Positions 54,210 to 62,931 of a stretch of 64,000 nt of DNA are shown piece after piece (within the stretch, counting starts at the first letter, position 1; every line of letters starts with the position of its first letter). The stretch is from an uncultured Anaerolineae bacterium (GTDB taxonomy: Bacteria; Chloroflexota; Anaerolineae; Fen-1058). Location: NCBI GenBank assembly GCA_964398185.1, contig CAYNML010000025.1, positions 4,031 through 68,030 of the forward strand. Direction: 5' to 3'. Under the pieces are notes generated by a model. The model searched no databases, was not told the origin of the DNA, and worked only from the letters and a program-made list of their open reading frames with translations. Both the position numbers and the translations under genes were made by a program.

Positions 54210-55898
54210 CTATTTAAAGCGCTCCGGCGTGCATTCAATGCGCTGCAACACCGGCTGTATCCACGGCTGCATTTTCAGCAAAGCCTCCGGCCCGCCCGCT
54301 TGACGCAGTTCGCGCAGTGCAGGCATGCGCTCGTTTTGCTTGATCAGCGCGCAGGCTTTCAGCACATGCGCCGAGCCGAGATCGGGGTTCAGGCGCAGCG
54401 CGGTATCGAGGGCGTCGTTAGCCTGATCCAACTGATCCTTCAGCAGGTGAGACGCGGCCACGCCCACCAGCGGCTCGGCATTTTGGGGAGCCATGTCCAC
54501 CAAGGCTTGAAAATGCGGCAGCGCCTGATCAGCTTGATCGATCGCCAGCCAGCTCTGCCCGGCCAGCGAATGCAGCTGGGCGCGCTTGTCCGGCGGCAGA
54601 TTGGGATTGGTCTCCAGCACTCTTTCAGCGCTCTGCGCGATTTGGCGGAATTCCGGCCCGGCCTGATCCAGCTTGTCCTGGCGCACTAATTCGTTCGCGT
54701 GCAGGAATTGCGCTTCCAGCGGCGCGACCTCAGGCAGGACTTGCTCGGGCGGGCGCTGCGGTGCGACGGAAGTTTGCTGCGCCAATTGTTGACCAGGCTG
54801 CGGCGGCGCAGGACGAGTGCGCTCGGTAACAACGAGCGCCGTCACAGCCGCGATGGTCGCGATGACAATCACGGCGAGCACGCCCACCGCAATCCACCAG
54901 GCTTTCTTCGACTTCACAGCAGGCGGCGCTGCAGCGGATACCGGTGAAGACGCGGCAGCAACCGTGGCAGAGGCCGCCGGCATGATCGGAGGTGGAACCA
55001 CCGCCGGTTGTCCGGCAGCACCATTCCGCTTCGGGTCAGGCGCCATGGCCTGCGTCGGCGCTTCGGAGATGATCGCCTTGGCGGCCATCTCAAACGCCGT
55101 CATTAGTTCGGCCACGCTGGCATAGCGATCGCCGCGCTCTTTCGCCAGCGCCTTCAACAGCACACGCTCCAACGCTTCCGGGAAGCCAGGCTTGATCGAT
55201 CGAGGCAAAGGCAGCGGCGCATAGATGTGATCGTGAATCACCGCGTACGGCGTATCAGCCTGATAAGGCACACGCCCGATCAGCAATTCATACATCACCA
55301 CGCCGAGCGAGTAAACATCGGTGCGCGCGTCAAGATCAGAATCGCCGCGCGCCTGTTCGGGCGAGATGTATTGCGGCGTGCCGACCAGCGCATCCTGCGA
55401 GAGCGTCGATTCGCCTGCCTGCGCAATGCGCGCCAGCCCGAAATCGGCGAGGAAGACCTGACCGTCGGGTGTCAGCAGGATGTTGCTGGGTTTCACATCG
55501 CGGTGCAGCACGCCCTGCCCGTGCGCGTACTGCAAAGCCTCGCCCACCGGATGAAGCACACGCACGACTTCGGGCAGCGGCAGATCGCCTTTACCCAGAC
55601 GCGCCTTCAGCGTTTCGCCTTCGATGAAGCGCATGACCAGATAGGGCTGACCTTCGTGCTCATTGAAATCGTATACTGGCACGATGGCGGGGTGCTGCAA
55701 TTTAGCAACGATGCGCGCTTCGCGTTGAAAGCGCGAGAGGAAGTTGGGGTCCTGCTTGAACGCCGGATGCAGCACCTTGATCGCCACGTAGCGGTCGAGA
55801 TTGGCGTGGTAAGCCTTGAAGACCGTCGCCATGCCGCCGCTGCCCAGCTGCTCGACGATGCGATACGGCCCGACGGTTTCGCCATTGCTGAAACTCAT
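54210..55898 (-). CDS. Ser/Thr protein kinase with TM segment and C-terminal TPR-like repeats
   Basis: Hanks kinase motifs GSGGMATVFKA, VAIK, HRDVKPSNILL, DFGLA and GTPQYISPE, then one TM and TPR-like helices. Start at ATG 55898 (MSFSNGETVGPYRIV); the ORF-track N-terminal 317 aa is non-coding read-through. Confidence 0.85.
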   Translation of the reverse strand: MSFSNGETVGPYRIVEQLGSGGMATVFKAYHANLDRYVAIKVLHPAFKQDPNFLSRFQREARIVAKLQHPAIVPVYDFNEHEGQPYLVMRFIEGETLKARLGKGDLPLPEVVRVLHPVGEALQYAHGQGVLHRDVKPSNILLTPDGQVFLADFGLARIAQAGESTLSQDALVGTPQYISPEQARGDSDLDARTDVYSLGVVMYELLIGRVPYQADTPYAVIHDHIYAPLPLPRSIKPGFPEALERVLLKALAKERGDRYASVAELMTAFEMAAKAIISEAPTQAMAPDPKRNGAAGQPAVVPPPIMPAASATVAAASSPVSAAAPPAVKSKKAWWIAVGVLAVIVIATIAAVTALVVTERTRPAPPQPGQQLAQQTSVAPQRPPEQVLPEVAPLEAQFLHANELVRQDKLDQAGPEFRQIAQSAERVLETNPNLPPDKRAQLHSLAGQSWLAIDQADQALPHFQALVDMAPQNAEPLVGVAASHLLKDQLDQANDALDTALRLNPDLGSAHVLKACALIKQNERMPALRELRQAGGPEALLKMQPWIQPVLQRIECTPERFK

Positions 55899-56045
55899 GG
55901 TGCGCCCCCAGAGAGGTTTGCCGTGATTATAGTCGCGATACGTTAGGCGGGCAATGCGGCAGTGTAAACTGCGTGTAAACACCTCCCCCTGATTCCGCGC
56001 AGCTGGTACACTTTGGGTATCGCCGTGCACGACAGACCAATCACC

Positions 56046-56867
56046 ATGACGACTTGGCAACGCTCCAAACCTAAACGCGCTGCAGCGCTGCTTGAGCAGC
56101 GCTGCCCGCGCTGTCTGGAAGGACCCATCTTTACCGGCTGGGTTACGACGCGCGAGGCATGTCCGGCGTGCGGGCTGCGCTATGGCCGGGAAGAAGGCTA
56201 TTTCAGCGGCGGCATGGACCTGAGTTTCTTTCTCGCCGCGCCGGTGCTGGCTTTTATCTTCCTGGTGCTGTATCAACTTTTCTCGTCGACCCTGACGCTG
56301 GTGGCGACGCTGTTCCTGTCGTATGCTGTGTTCCTGCCCTGTGCCGTGCCGCTCTTTCGTTACTCGCGCGTGCTGTGGCTGTACATCGATTGGCAACTTG
56401 ATCCGGTGGAAGAGGCGCCGCCTGCACCCCTGCCGCCCATCATGGCACGGGCGTGGCTGATACCAACACCCCAACGGCCGTGGACACACGATTCGCTGTT
56501 CGCGTTGACACAGCGTCTCGCCACGTTGATCGATCCCATCTTCGATCGTTCTTTGCCGCGGCGCGAGGTTGAAGCGCTTGCGGGACGTGAACGGGCCGCG
56601 TGGGGCACGGATCGTTTCGGCCTGCTGGGCGAACGTGATCGGCCGCAGCCAGGCGAGACCTTCCGGCGGCATGCGGCCTTCAGCGCCTATGGCCTGGCAC
56701 GCGATCAGCAGCTCGTCGTCGCGCAGGAGATCGATCGGGCGGAGACTGCGCCGCGTGTGATCATTCAGGCCAGCGCCACCGTCGCTGTGTTGGATCAGAT
56801 CGATCGGTTGCTGGTGACGACCTACGGGGCCGTGCCAGTATCCGCCCACGAATCGACGACATCATGA
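56046..56867 (+). CDS. DUF983 family protein with ~150-aa C-terminal extension
   Basis: CPRCLEGPIF...CPACGLRYGREEGYFSGGM zinc-ribbon plus two TM helices is typical of DUF983. Start taken at ATG 56046. Confidence 0.5.
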   Translation: MTTWQRSKPKRAAALLEQRCPRCLEGPIFTGWVTTREACPACGLRYGREEGYFSGGMDLSFFLAAPVLAFIFLVLYQLFSSTLTLVATLFLSYAVFLPCAVPLFRYSRVLWLYIDWQLDPVEEAPPAPLPPIMARAWLIPTPQRPWTHDSLFALTQRLATLIDPIFDRSLPRREVEALAGRERAAWGTDRFGLLGERDRPQPGETFRRHAAFSAYGLARDQQLVVAQEIDRAETAPRVIIQASATVAVLDQIDRLLVTTYGAVPVSAHESTTS

Positions 56868-57244
56868 CTTCCACTGAAAGCAAGGACAACCTGCTGCGCC
56901 GCCTGAGCGCCGTGCTGCGCCAGCGCTGTCCGCGCTGCCTGCGCGGCCACGTCTTCCACGGCCTGGTTGCCATGCACGACACGTGCCCGCAGTGCGGCTA
57001 TCAGTTCGGGCGCGAGTCGGGCTACTTTACCGGCGCGATGTTCGCCAGCTACACGCTGGCCGTGCCGATCTTGTTTGTGATCTTCATGGTGTTGTGGAAT
57101 TTCTTCGCCGCCACGTGGCCGCTGACGTTCAACCTGCTGGTTACGTTCATCGTGTTCCTGCCGTTCGTGCCCGTGATCTTCCGCTATTCGCGCGTTATCT
57201 GGATGCATGTGGACGTCATGCTCGATCCGGAGAAACGGTTATAA
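56864..57244 (+). CDS. DUF983 family protein (paralog)
   Basis: CPRCLRGHVF...CPQCGYQFGRESGYFTGAM plus two TM helices. Overlaps the preceding stop. Confidence 0.55.
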   Translation: MTSTESKDNLLRRLSAVLRQRCPRCLRGHVFHGLVAMHDTCPQCGYQFGRESGYFTGAMFASYTLAVPILFVIFMVLWNFFAATWPLTFNLLVTFIVFLPFVPVIFRYSRVIWMHVDVMLDPEKRL

Positions 57245-57263
57245 TGGCGTTTGGAGACGACAC

Positions 57264-57533
57264 ATGCCTGACCCCATTGAATCTGGCTGGAATTTTCCCT
57301 GTGCTTTTCCGCTCAAAGTCTTTGGCCGCAACAGCGCCGAGTTCGAAGCGCTGGTGGTTGAAATTGTGCGACGGCACGCGCCTGATCTGGACGACGGCGC
57401 GGTGAGCAGCCGCACGAGCGGGGGTGACGCCTACCGAGCGGTGACGGCCACCTTCACGGCCCACAGCCGCGAACAACTGGATGCGCTGTATCTCGAACTC
57501 AGCCAGCACGAGCAAGTCTTAATGCTGTTGTAA
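57264..57533 (+). CDS. DUF493 (YbeD/UPF0250) family protein
   Basis: FPCAFPLKVFGRNSAEFEALVVEIVRRHAP is YbeD-like. RBS GGAGA before ATG 57264. Confidence 0.5.
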   Translation: MPDPIESGWNFPCAFPLKVFGRNSAEFEALVVEIVRRHAPDLDDGAVSSRTSGGDAYRAVTATFTAHSREQLDALYLELSQHEQVLMLL

Positions 57534-57621
57534 CGCAACTGGTGCGGCAGTGACCTGTGCTTCAATGCTATAATTTTCAAAGATGCACCACCGCACAGCG
57601 AGGCGCATCTTTCCTTGCGCC

Positions 57622-58722
57622 ATGACCACCCACCCGACTCACGCCACCGCTGAAGGAACTGCTCGCTATCGCGATCGTTATGCCGATCGGCCGGGACATT
57701 TCCGCCAGGCGCAGGGGTTGTGGCTCAGTTCGATCGGGCTGGGCACCTACCTGGGAGAGGCCACTGACGCGATCGATAAAGCGTATGCGCAGGCCATTGG
57801 CCGCGCTGTCAACCTCGGCTGCAACGTCATCGATACCGCTATCAACTACCGCCACCAACGCAGCGAACGCACAATTGGGAAGGCGCTCAAGCGCCTGTGC
57901 AATGCGGGCGTGATACAGCGCGACGAAATCATCATCGCCACCAAAGGCGGTTATCTGCCCTTTGATCGGGATCGGCCGCCCGATCAGGAGCGTTATCTCC
58001 ACGAAACTTTCATCACGCCGGGACTGGCCGCGTCGGAGGACATCGTCAACGACCAATGTTTTGCGCCGCGTTTTCTGCGCGCCATGCTCAAACAGTCACT
58101 GCGCAACCTTGGTCTGGACTGCATCGATATCTACTACCTGCACAACCCGGAAAGCCAGCTGCGCGCGATCGGTCACGCTGAATTTCGCGATCGGCTGCTG
58201 GCCGCCTTTGACGCGCTGGAAGAGGCCGCCGACGAGGGACTCATGCGCTACTACGGCGTTGCCACGTGGAACGGGTTGCGCGTGGAGCCGACCGCGCCCG
58301 ATTATCTTTCCCTGGCCGAGATCAATGCGCTGGCCCGCAAGGCGCGGGGCATGAAGCATCGCTGCCGCTTCATCCAACTGCCGCTCAATCTAGCCATGCC
58401 CGAGGCAATCACGCTGCATCAGCAGGTGGTCAGCCACGAGAAGATGACGGTGCTGGAAGCCGCCGCACGCTATGGCATTTCCGTCATCAGCAGCGCGTCG
58501 CTGCGGCAGGCCCGCCTGCTCGATCACATCCCCGCGCCGCTGCGCGCCAAGTTCAACGGCCTGTCCACCGACGCGCAGCGCGCCCTGCAATTCGCCCGTT
58601 CGACGCCGGGCGTCGCTACCGCCCTCGCGGGCATGAGCCACGCCGCGCACGTCGAGGACAACCTTGCGACGGCCCTCGTTCCGCCGCTGACTTCAGAAGA
58701 ATATCAAGCGTTGTTTGCGTAG
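57622..58722 (+). CDS. Aldo/keto reductase family oxidoreductase
   Basis: AKR TIM-barrel motifs (IDTAINY, IDIYYLHNP, and the catalytic tetrad context). Confidence 0.75.
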   Translation: MTTHPTHATAEGTARYRDRYADRPGHFRQAQGLWLSSIGLGTYLGEATDAIDKAYAQAIGRAVNLGCNVIDTAINYRHQRSERTIGKALKRLCNAGVIQRDEIIIATKGGYLPFDRDRPPDQERYLHETFITPGLAASEDIVNDQCFAPRFLRAMLKQSLRNLGLDCIDIYYLHNPESQLRAIGHAEFRDRLLAAFDALEEAADEGLMRYYGVATWNGLRVEPTAPDYLSLAEINALARKARGMKHRCRFIQLPLNLAMPEAITLHQQVVSHEKMTVLEAAARYGISVISSASLRQARLLDHIPAPLRAKFNGLSTDAQRALQFARSTPGVATALAGMSHAAHVEDNLATALVPPLTSEEYQALFA

Positions 58723-58741
58723 AATGCACTTGCCTATTGTA

Positions 58742-58808
58742 GGGCAAGATGGTATCTTGCCCACGTCAGCCGTAACGCAAGATGGTATGGTGCGCGAGCG
58801 AGATGGTA
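58742..58808. repeat. REP hairpin GGGCAAGAT-GGT-ATCTTGCCC plus two further direct copies of the (C)AAGATGGTAT motif
   Basis: Perfect 9-bp stem at 58742-58762, with motif copies at 58778-88 and 58798-808, upstream of the RAYT gene. Confidence 0.6.
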
Positions 58809-58833
58809 TTTCGCCCTACTGGAGCCCGCCAGC

Positions 58834-59484
58834 TTGAGCAACCTCGCCTATCAATTCTTCTACCGCCGGCGCCTGCCGCACTACCAACCACCGGGTGCGA
58901 CGTTCTTCATCACCTTTCGCCTGGCAGGATCACTGCCCCAAGAAGTGATTCAACAGCTCGTCGCAGAAGCCAGGCGCATCGACGAACAACTGGCACGCAT
59001 TCTAGATGTGCAGGAACGTGAACGGCAAGCCTACCGGGAGCAGCGGCGCATGTTTGGCAAATGGGACAAATTGCTGGATACTTCTACTACCGGGCCGCAC
59101 TGGCTTAAGCAAGCTGACATTGCGGCGCAACTGGCCGATAGTCTGCACCAGCGCGACCAGCGGGTGTATGATTTGCACGCGTTTTGCATCATGCCTAATC
59201 ACGCGCACGTGATCTGTCATCCCTTGCTCAAATCCGACGGCGCTTATCATGCTCTGTCGTCTATGCTGCATTCGCTCAAGCGTTACACTGCCGAAGAAGG
59301 CAATCGGCTACTGGGGCGCACGGGGATTTTCTGGCAGCATGAGAATTACGACCACGCGGTGCGCAACGAGGCCGAATGGCGGCGCATCATCCGGTACGTG
59401 GTCGGCAATCCAGTCGCAGCGGGTCTCGTCGAACGCGCGGCGGACTGGAAGTGGTCATACTGCAAATACGGATTGGAGCTGTAG
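58834..59484 (+). CDS. REP-associated tyrosine transposase (RAYT; IS200/Y1-transposase-like)
   Basis: HUH motif MPNHAHVI and catalytic Tyr region FWQHENYDHAVRN match the RAYT/Y1_Tnp signature. Flanked by REP hairpins. Confidence 0.75.
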   Translation: MSNLAYQFFYRRRLPHYQPPGATFFITFRLAGSLPQEVIQQLVAEARRIDEQLARILDVQERERQAYREQRRMFGKWDKLLDTSTTGPHWLKQADIAAQLADSLHQRDQRVYDLHAFCIMPNHAHVICHPLLKSDGAYHALSSMLHSLKRYTAEEGNRLLGRTGIFWQHENYDHAVRNEAEWRRIIRYVVGNPVAAGLVERAADWKWSYCKYGLEL

Positions 59485-59525
59485 CGCAAGTTGTTAACTT
59501 GCGCGCGCAAGATGACATCTTGCGC
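59484..59525. repeat. Two REP hairpins GCGCAAGTT-GTT-AACTTGCGC and GCGCAAGAT-GAC-ATCTTGCGC
   Basis: Perfect 9-bp palindromes immediately after the RAYT stop and 10 nt upstream of the moeA start. Confidence 0.65.
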
Positions 59526-59534
59526 TACATACTT

Positions 59535-60767
59535 ATGCCTGAACTCTTCACCGTCCTTCCGCCACACCAGGCGCTGCACAAGCTGTTCGCCCGTCTTTCG
59601 CCGCACGTGCCGACAGAAACGATCGACACCGCCCGCGCCCTGAATCGTGTGCTGGCCGAAGCGCCGATCGCGCACAGCCCCCTGCCCGCCTTTCCGCGCA
59701 GCACGATGGACGGCTACGCGGTGCGGGCCGCCGATACATTTGGCGCGAGTGAAGCGATTCCCGCGTACCTCACGGTGATCGGCGAAAGCCCGATGGGTTC
59801 CGCGCCCGCCCGATCGGTTGCGCGCGGCGAAGCCATGCTCATTCACACGGGCGGCATGCTGCCGGACGGCGCAGACGCCGTGGTGATGATCGAACGCACG
59901 CAGAAGACCACCGACACCGAGATCGAAGTGATGCGCGCCGTGGCGCCGGGCGAGAACGTACTGCAAGTGGGCGAGGATGTAAAACCCGGTGATCCACTCT
60001 TCGCGATTGGACATTTATTGCGCCCGCAGGATCTGGGCGGCTTGATGGCGCTGGGTATCACGCAGGTCAGTGTGGCAAGGCAGCCGCGCGTCGGCATTCT
60101 GGCCACCGGCGACGAAGTGATCGATCCGCACGACGAGCCACAGCCCGGTCAGGTGCGCGATGTCAACACGTATTCAATCGCCGGTATTGTGGAACGTGCG
60201 GGCGGCATCGCTCACTCGGGCGGCATCATTCGCGACAACTTCGAGGCGCTGTACGGGGTCGCGCGGAGTCTGTTCGATCGATCAGACGCGCTGGTGCTCT
60301 CGGCCGGCAGTTCGGTCAGCGTGCGCGACATGACCTCGGACGTGATCGAGAAATTGGGTCAGCCCGGCGTGCTGGTGCACGGCGTCTCGATCAAACCTGG
60401 CAAACCCACGATCATCGCCGTGTGTGACGGCAAGCCGGTGTTTGGCCTGCCCGGCAATCCCGTCAGCGCCATGGTGGTGGGCGATCTGTTCATCACACCG
60501 ACGTTGTGGAAGATGCAAGGCTGCGATCATCCACCGCTGCGGCAGACCATCCGCGCGAAGCTCACGCACAACCTCGCGTCGGTGCCGGGGCGCGTCGATT
60601 ACATTCAGGTGAAGTTAATTGACCGCGACGGCGAGTTATGGGCCGAGCCAATTTTCGGCAAGAGCAATCTCATCTACACGTTGGTCAAGGCCGACGGGAT
60701 GCTGATCATTCCGATCGATGCAAACGGCATCGCCGCGGGTGAACCGGTGGATGTCAGATTGTTTTAG
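59535..60767 (+). CDS. moeA: Molybdopterin molybdenumtransferase MoeA
   Basis: MoeA motifs (…SPLPAFPRSTMDGYAVR…, GGVSMG-like ...LSAGSSVSVRD, ...GLPGNPVSA...). Confidence 0.85.
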   Translation: MPELFTVLPPHQALHKLFARLSPHVPTETIDTARALNRVLAEAPIAHSPLPAFPRSTMDGYAVRAADTFGASEAIPAYLTVIGESPMGSAPARSVARGEAMLIHTGGMLPDGADAVVMIERTQKTTDTEIEVMRAVAPGENVLQVGEDVKPGDPLFAIGHLLRPQDLGGLMALGITQVSVARQPRVGILATGDEVIDPHDEPQPGQVRDVNTYSIAGIVERAGGIAHSGGIIRDNFEALYGVARSLFDRSDALVLSAGSSVSVRDMTSDVIEKLGQPGVLVHGVSIKPGKPTIIAVCDGKPVFGLPGNPVSAMVVGDLFITPTLWKMQGCDHPPLRQTIRAKLTHNLASVPGRVDYIQVKLIDRDGELWAEPIFGKSNLIYTLVKADGMLIIPIDANGIAAGEPVDVRLF

Positions 60768-60859
60768 TTTGCGCGCTTCCGCAAGCGTGCTATGATCGCA
60801 ACACCCCTAACAACTACGAGACTAACCGACTATCGAACCATCGGACTAAGGAACTACCC

Positions 60860-62278
60860 ATGCCCACCGTCATCAAGAACGGAACCCTCGTGACCGCCAG
60901 CGACATCATTAAAGCCGACGTGCTGATCGACGGCGAGAAGATCGCCGTGATCGGCGCAGGACTGGAAACGGAAGGCGCGCAGGTGATCGACGCCGCCGAT
61001 CGTTACGTGCTGCCCGGCGGCATCGACGTGCACACGCATCTGCAACTGCCCGTCGGCGTGACGGAATCCTCCGACGATTTCTACACCGGACACAAAGCGG
61101 CGGCCTTCGGCGGCACGACGATGCACATCGATTTTGCGATCCCCAACAAGGGCGAGCCGCTGCGCAAAGGTATCGAGGCGTGGCATCGCAAAGCCAGCGA
61201 CAAAGCCGTCATCGACTACGCCTACCACGCCAATCTCGTGGAATGGAACGACGCCATCATCGACGAGATTCCATCACTGCTTGATGAAGGCGTAAGCAGC
61301 ATCAAAGCGTTGATGGCCTACAAAGGCCGCTTGATGATCGACGACACGGGCCTGTTTCGCACGCTGCAAAAGGCGCGCGAGTGCGGCATCCTGACGATGG
61401 TGCACTGCGAAAATGGCGACGCGATTGAGGTGTTGATTCAGCAGGCGCGCGACAACGGCCACTTGCAGCCGAAGTATCACGCCCAGACGCGTCCGGCCTG
61501 GTTGGAGACCGAAGCGACGCTGCGTTCGATCGCGCTGGCGGCCACCGCCGCTGCGCCATTGTACGTGGTGCACATGACGTGCGAAGGCTCGGTCGATCAA
61601 CTGCGCTACGGGCGCAATCATAACCTCAAAGTGATGGGCGAAACGTGCGTGCAGTATCTGTTCTTCACCGAAGACGATCTGGCGCGACCCGACGGCGCGA
61701 AGTGGGTGTGCTCGCCGCCGATCCGAACCAAGCAGGACAACGAAGCGCTGTGGCGCGCGCTGCAAGTCGGCGACCTGCAAGCGATTTCGACCGATCACTG
61801 TCCGTTCCTGTTGGATGGAACGCAACCGATCGAGTACGAGGGTGTGCCGTACCAAAAGCCCGGCAAAGAACTGGGCCGTGACGATTTTTCAAAGATGCCC
61901 AACGGTCTGCCCGGCCTCGGCGATCGGATGATCATTTTGTGGAGTGAAGGCGTGGCACAGGGGCGGCTGACGCTCAATCGGTTTGTGGAGATCACCGCCA
62001 CGAATCCCGCCAAGATCTTCGGCCTGTATCCGCGCAAGGGAAGCATCGCCAGCGGGGCCGACGCCGATCTCGTAATCTGGAATCCCGCGACGACGAAGAC
62101 CTACGGTCAGGCGCTCTCGAAACAGCGCGTCGATTACAATCTGTATGAAGGCTGGGAAGTAACCGGCTGGCCGGAGAAAGTGCTGCGCCGCGGTGAACTG
62201 CTGGTCGATGGGGAGCGGTGGTTCGGTCGGGCGGGCAGCGGCGCGTTCATTCGACGCGGACCCGGCGTAATCATTTGA
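60860..62278 (+). CDS. Dihydropyrimidinase / D-hydantoinase (cyclic amidohydrolase)
   Basis: Metal-binding GGIDVHTH, carboxylated-Lys context IKALMAYK, VHCENGD, and STDHCPF. Confidence 0.85.
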   Translation: MPTVIKNGTLVTASDIIKADVLIDGEKIAVIGAGLETEGAQVIDAADRYVLPGGIDVHTHLQLPVGVTESSDDFYTGHKAAAFGGTTMHIDFAIPNKGEPLRKGIEAWHRKASDKAVIDYAYHANLVEWNDAIIDEIPSLLDEGVSSIKALMAYKGRLMIDDTGLFRTLQKARECGILTMVHCENGDAIEVLIQQARDNGHLQPKYHAQTRPAWLETEATLRSIALAATAAAPLYVVHMTCEGSVDQLRYGRNHNLKVMGETCVQYLFFTEDDLARPDGAKWVCSPPIRTKQDNEALWRALQVGDLQAISTDHCPFLLDGTQPIEYEGVPYQKPGKELGRDDFSKMPNGLPGLGDRMIILWSEGVAQGRLTLNRFVEITATNPAKIFGLYPRKGSIASGADADLVIWNPATTKTYGQALSKQRVDYNLYEGWEVTGWPEKVLRRGELLVDGERWFGRAGSGAFIRRGPGVII

Positions 62279-62288
62279 TGGAGTCCTC

Positions 62289-62816
62289 ATGCGCATCAGA
62301 GTCCGCCTGATCTTTGCCGCACTAGCACTTGTCGCGTGCCAGTCGCAAGGCATTGATACATCCAACGCGGCCAAATTCAAGTTGAGCAGCCCGGCCTTTC
62401 AAGACAGCGGATCGATTCCACAAAAGTTCACGTGCCAGGGCGACAACGTTTCGCCGGAATTAAACTGGAGCGCAGCCCCAACCAGCACCAAGAGTTTCGC
62501 GCTCATCATGGACGATCCCGATGCGCCCGGCGGCGCCTTCACGCACTGGGTGTTGTTTGATGTGCCCGCCGATCAACAGCAGCTGGCGGAAAACACCAGC
62601 CCGATCGGGATCGGCGGCAATAACGGTCTCAGCCAGACAGGCTACATGGGACCCTGCCCGCCGAGCGGCATCCATCGCTATTACTTCCGGCTCTACGCGC
62701 TGGACGTTTCTTCACTGAATTTGAAAGCGGGCGCGGCTCGCGGCGAAGTCGAAGCTGCGCTGAAAAATCACATCATCGGCGTGGCCGATACGATGGGGCG
62801 CTACGAACAACAGTAA
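62289..62816 (+). CDS. YbhB/YbcL family PEBP (Raf-kinase-inhibitor-like) lipoprotein
   Basis: Signal peptide with lipobox LVAC and PEBP motifs (DPDAP, HWVLFD, GPCPPSGIHRYYFRLYALD). Confidence 0.75.
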   Translation: MRIRVRLIFAALALVACQSQGIDTSNAAKFKLSSPAFQDSGSIPQKFTCQGDNVSPELNWSAAPTSTKSFALIMDDPDAPGGAFTHWVLFDVPADQQQLAENTSPIGIGGNNGLSQTGYMGPCPPSGIHRYYFRLYALDVSSLNLKAGAARGEVEAALKNHIIGVADTMGRYEQQ

Positions 62817-62824
62817 GGGTTGTT

Positions 62825-62901
62825 GATTACGCCTTACGCCTTACGCCTTACGCCTTACGTTTTACGTTTTACGTTTTACGGTTTACGGTTTACGCTTTAC
62901 G
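62825..62901. repeat. Heptamer tandem repeat array (NNTTACG)x11: GATTACG (CCTTACG)x4 (TTTTACG)x3 (GTTTACG)x2 CTTTACG
   Basis: 77-bp perfect 7-bp periodicity, from 9 nt after the PEBP stop to ~30 nt before the aminotransferase start. Confidence 0.8.
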
Positions 62902-62931
62902 TTTCACTCATCACTCTTCAAAGGATCAATC

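Noticed and set aside
54210-56849. Full 879-aa ORF-track call for the kinase gene
   Set aside because: The first 317 residues are arginine/glutamine-rich nonsense that overlaps the divergent DUF983 gene. The kinase domain begins at Met318 (ATG 55898), so this start is used instead.
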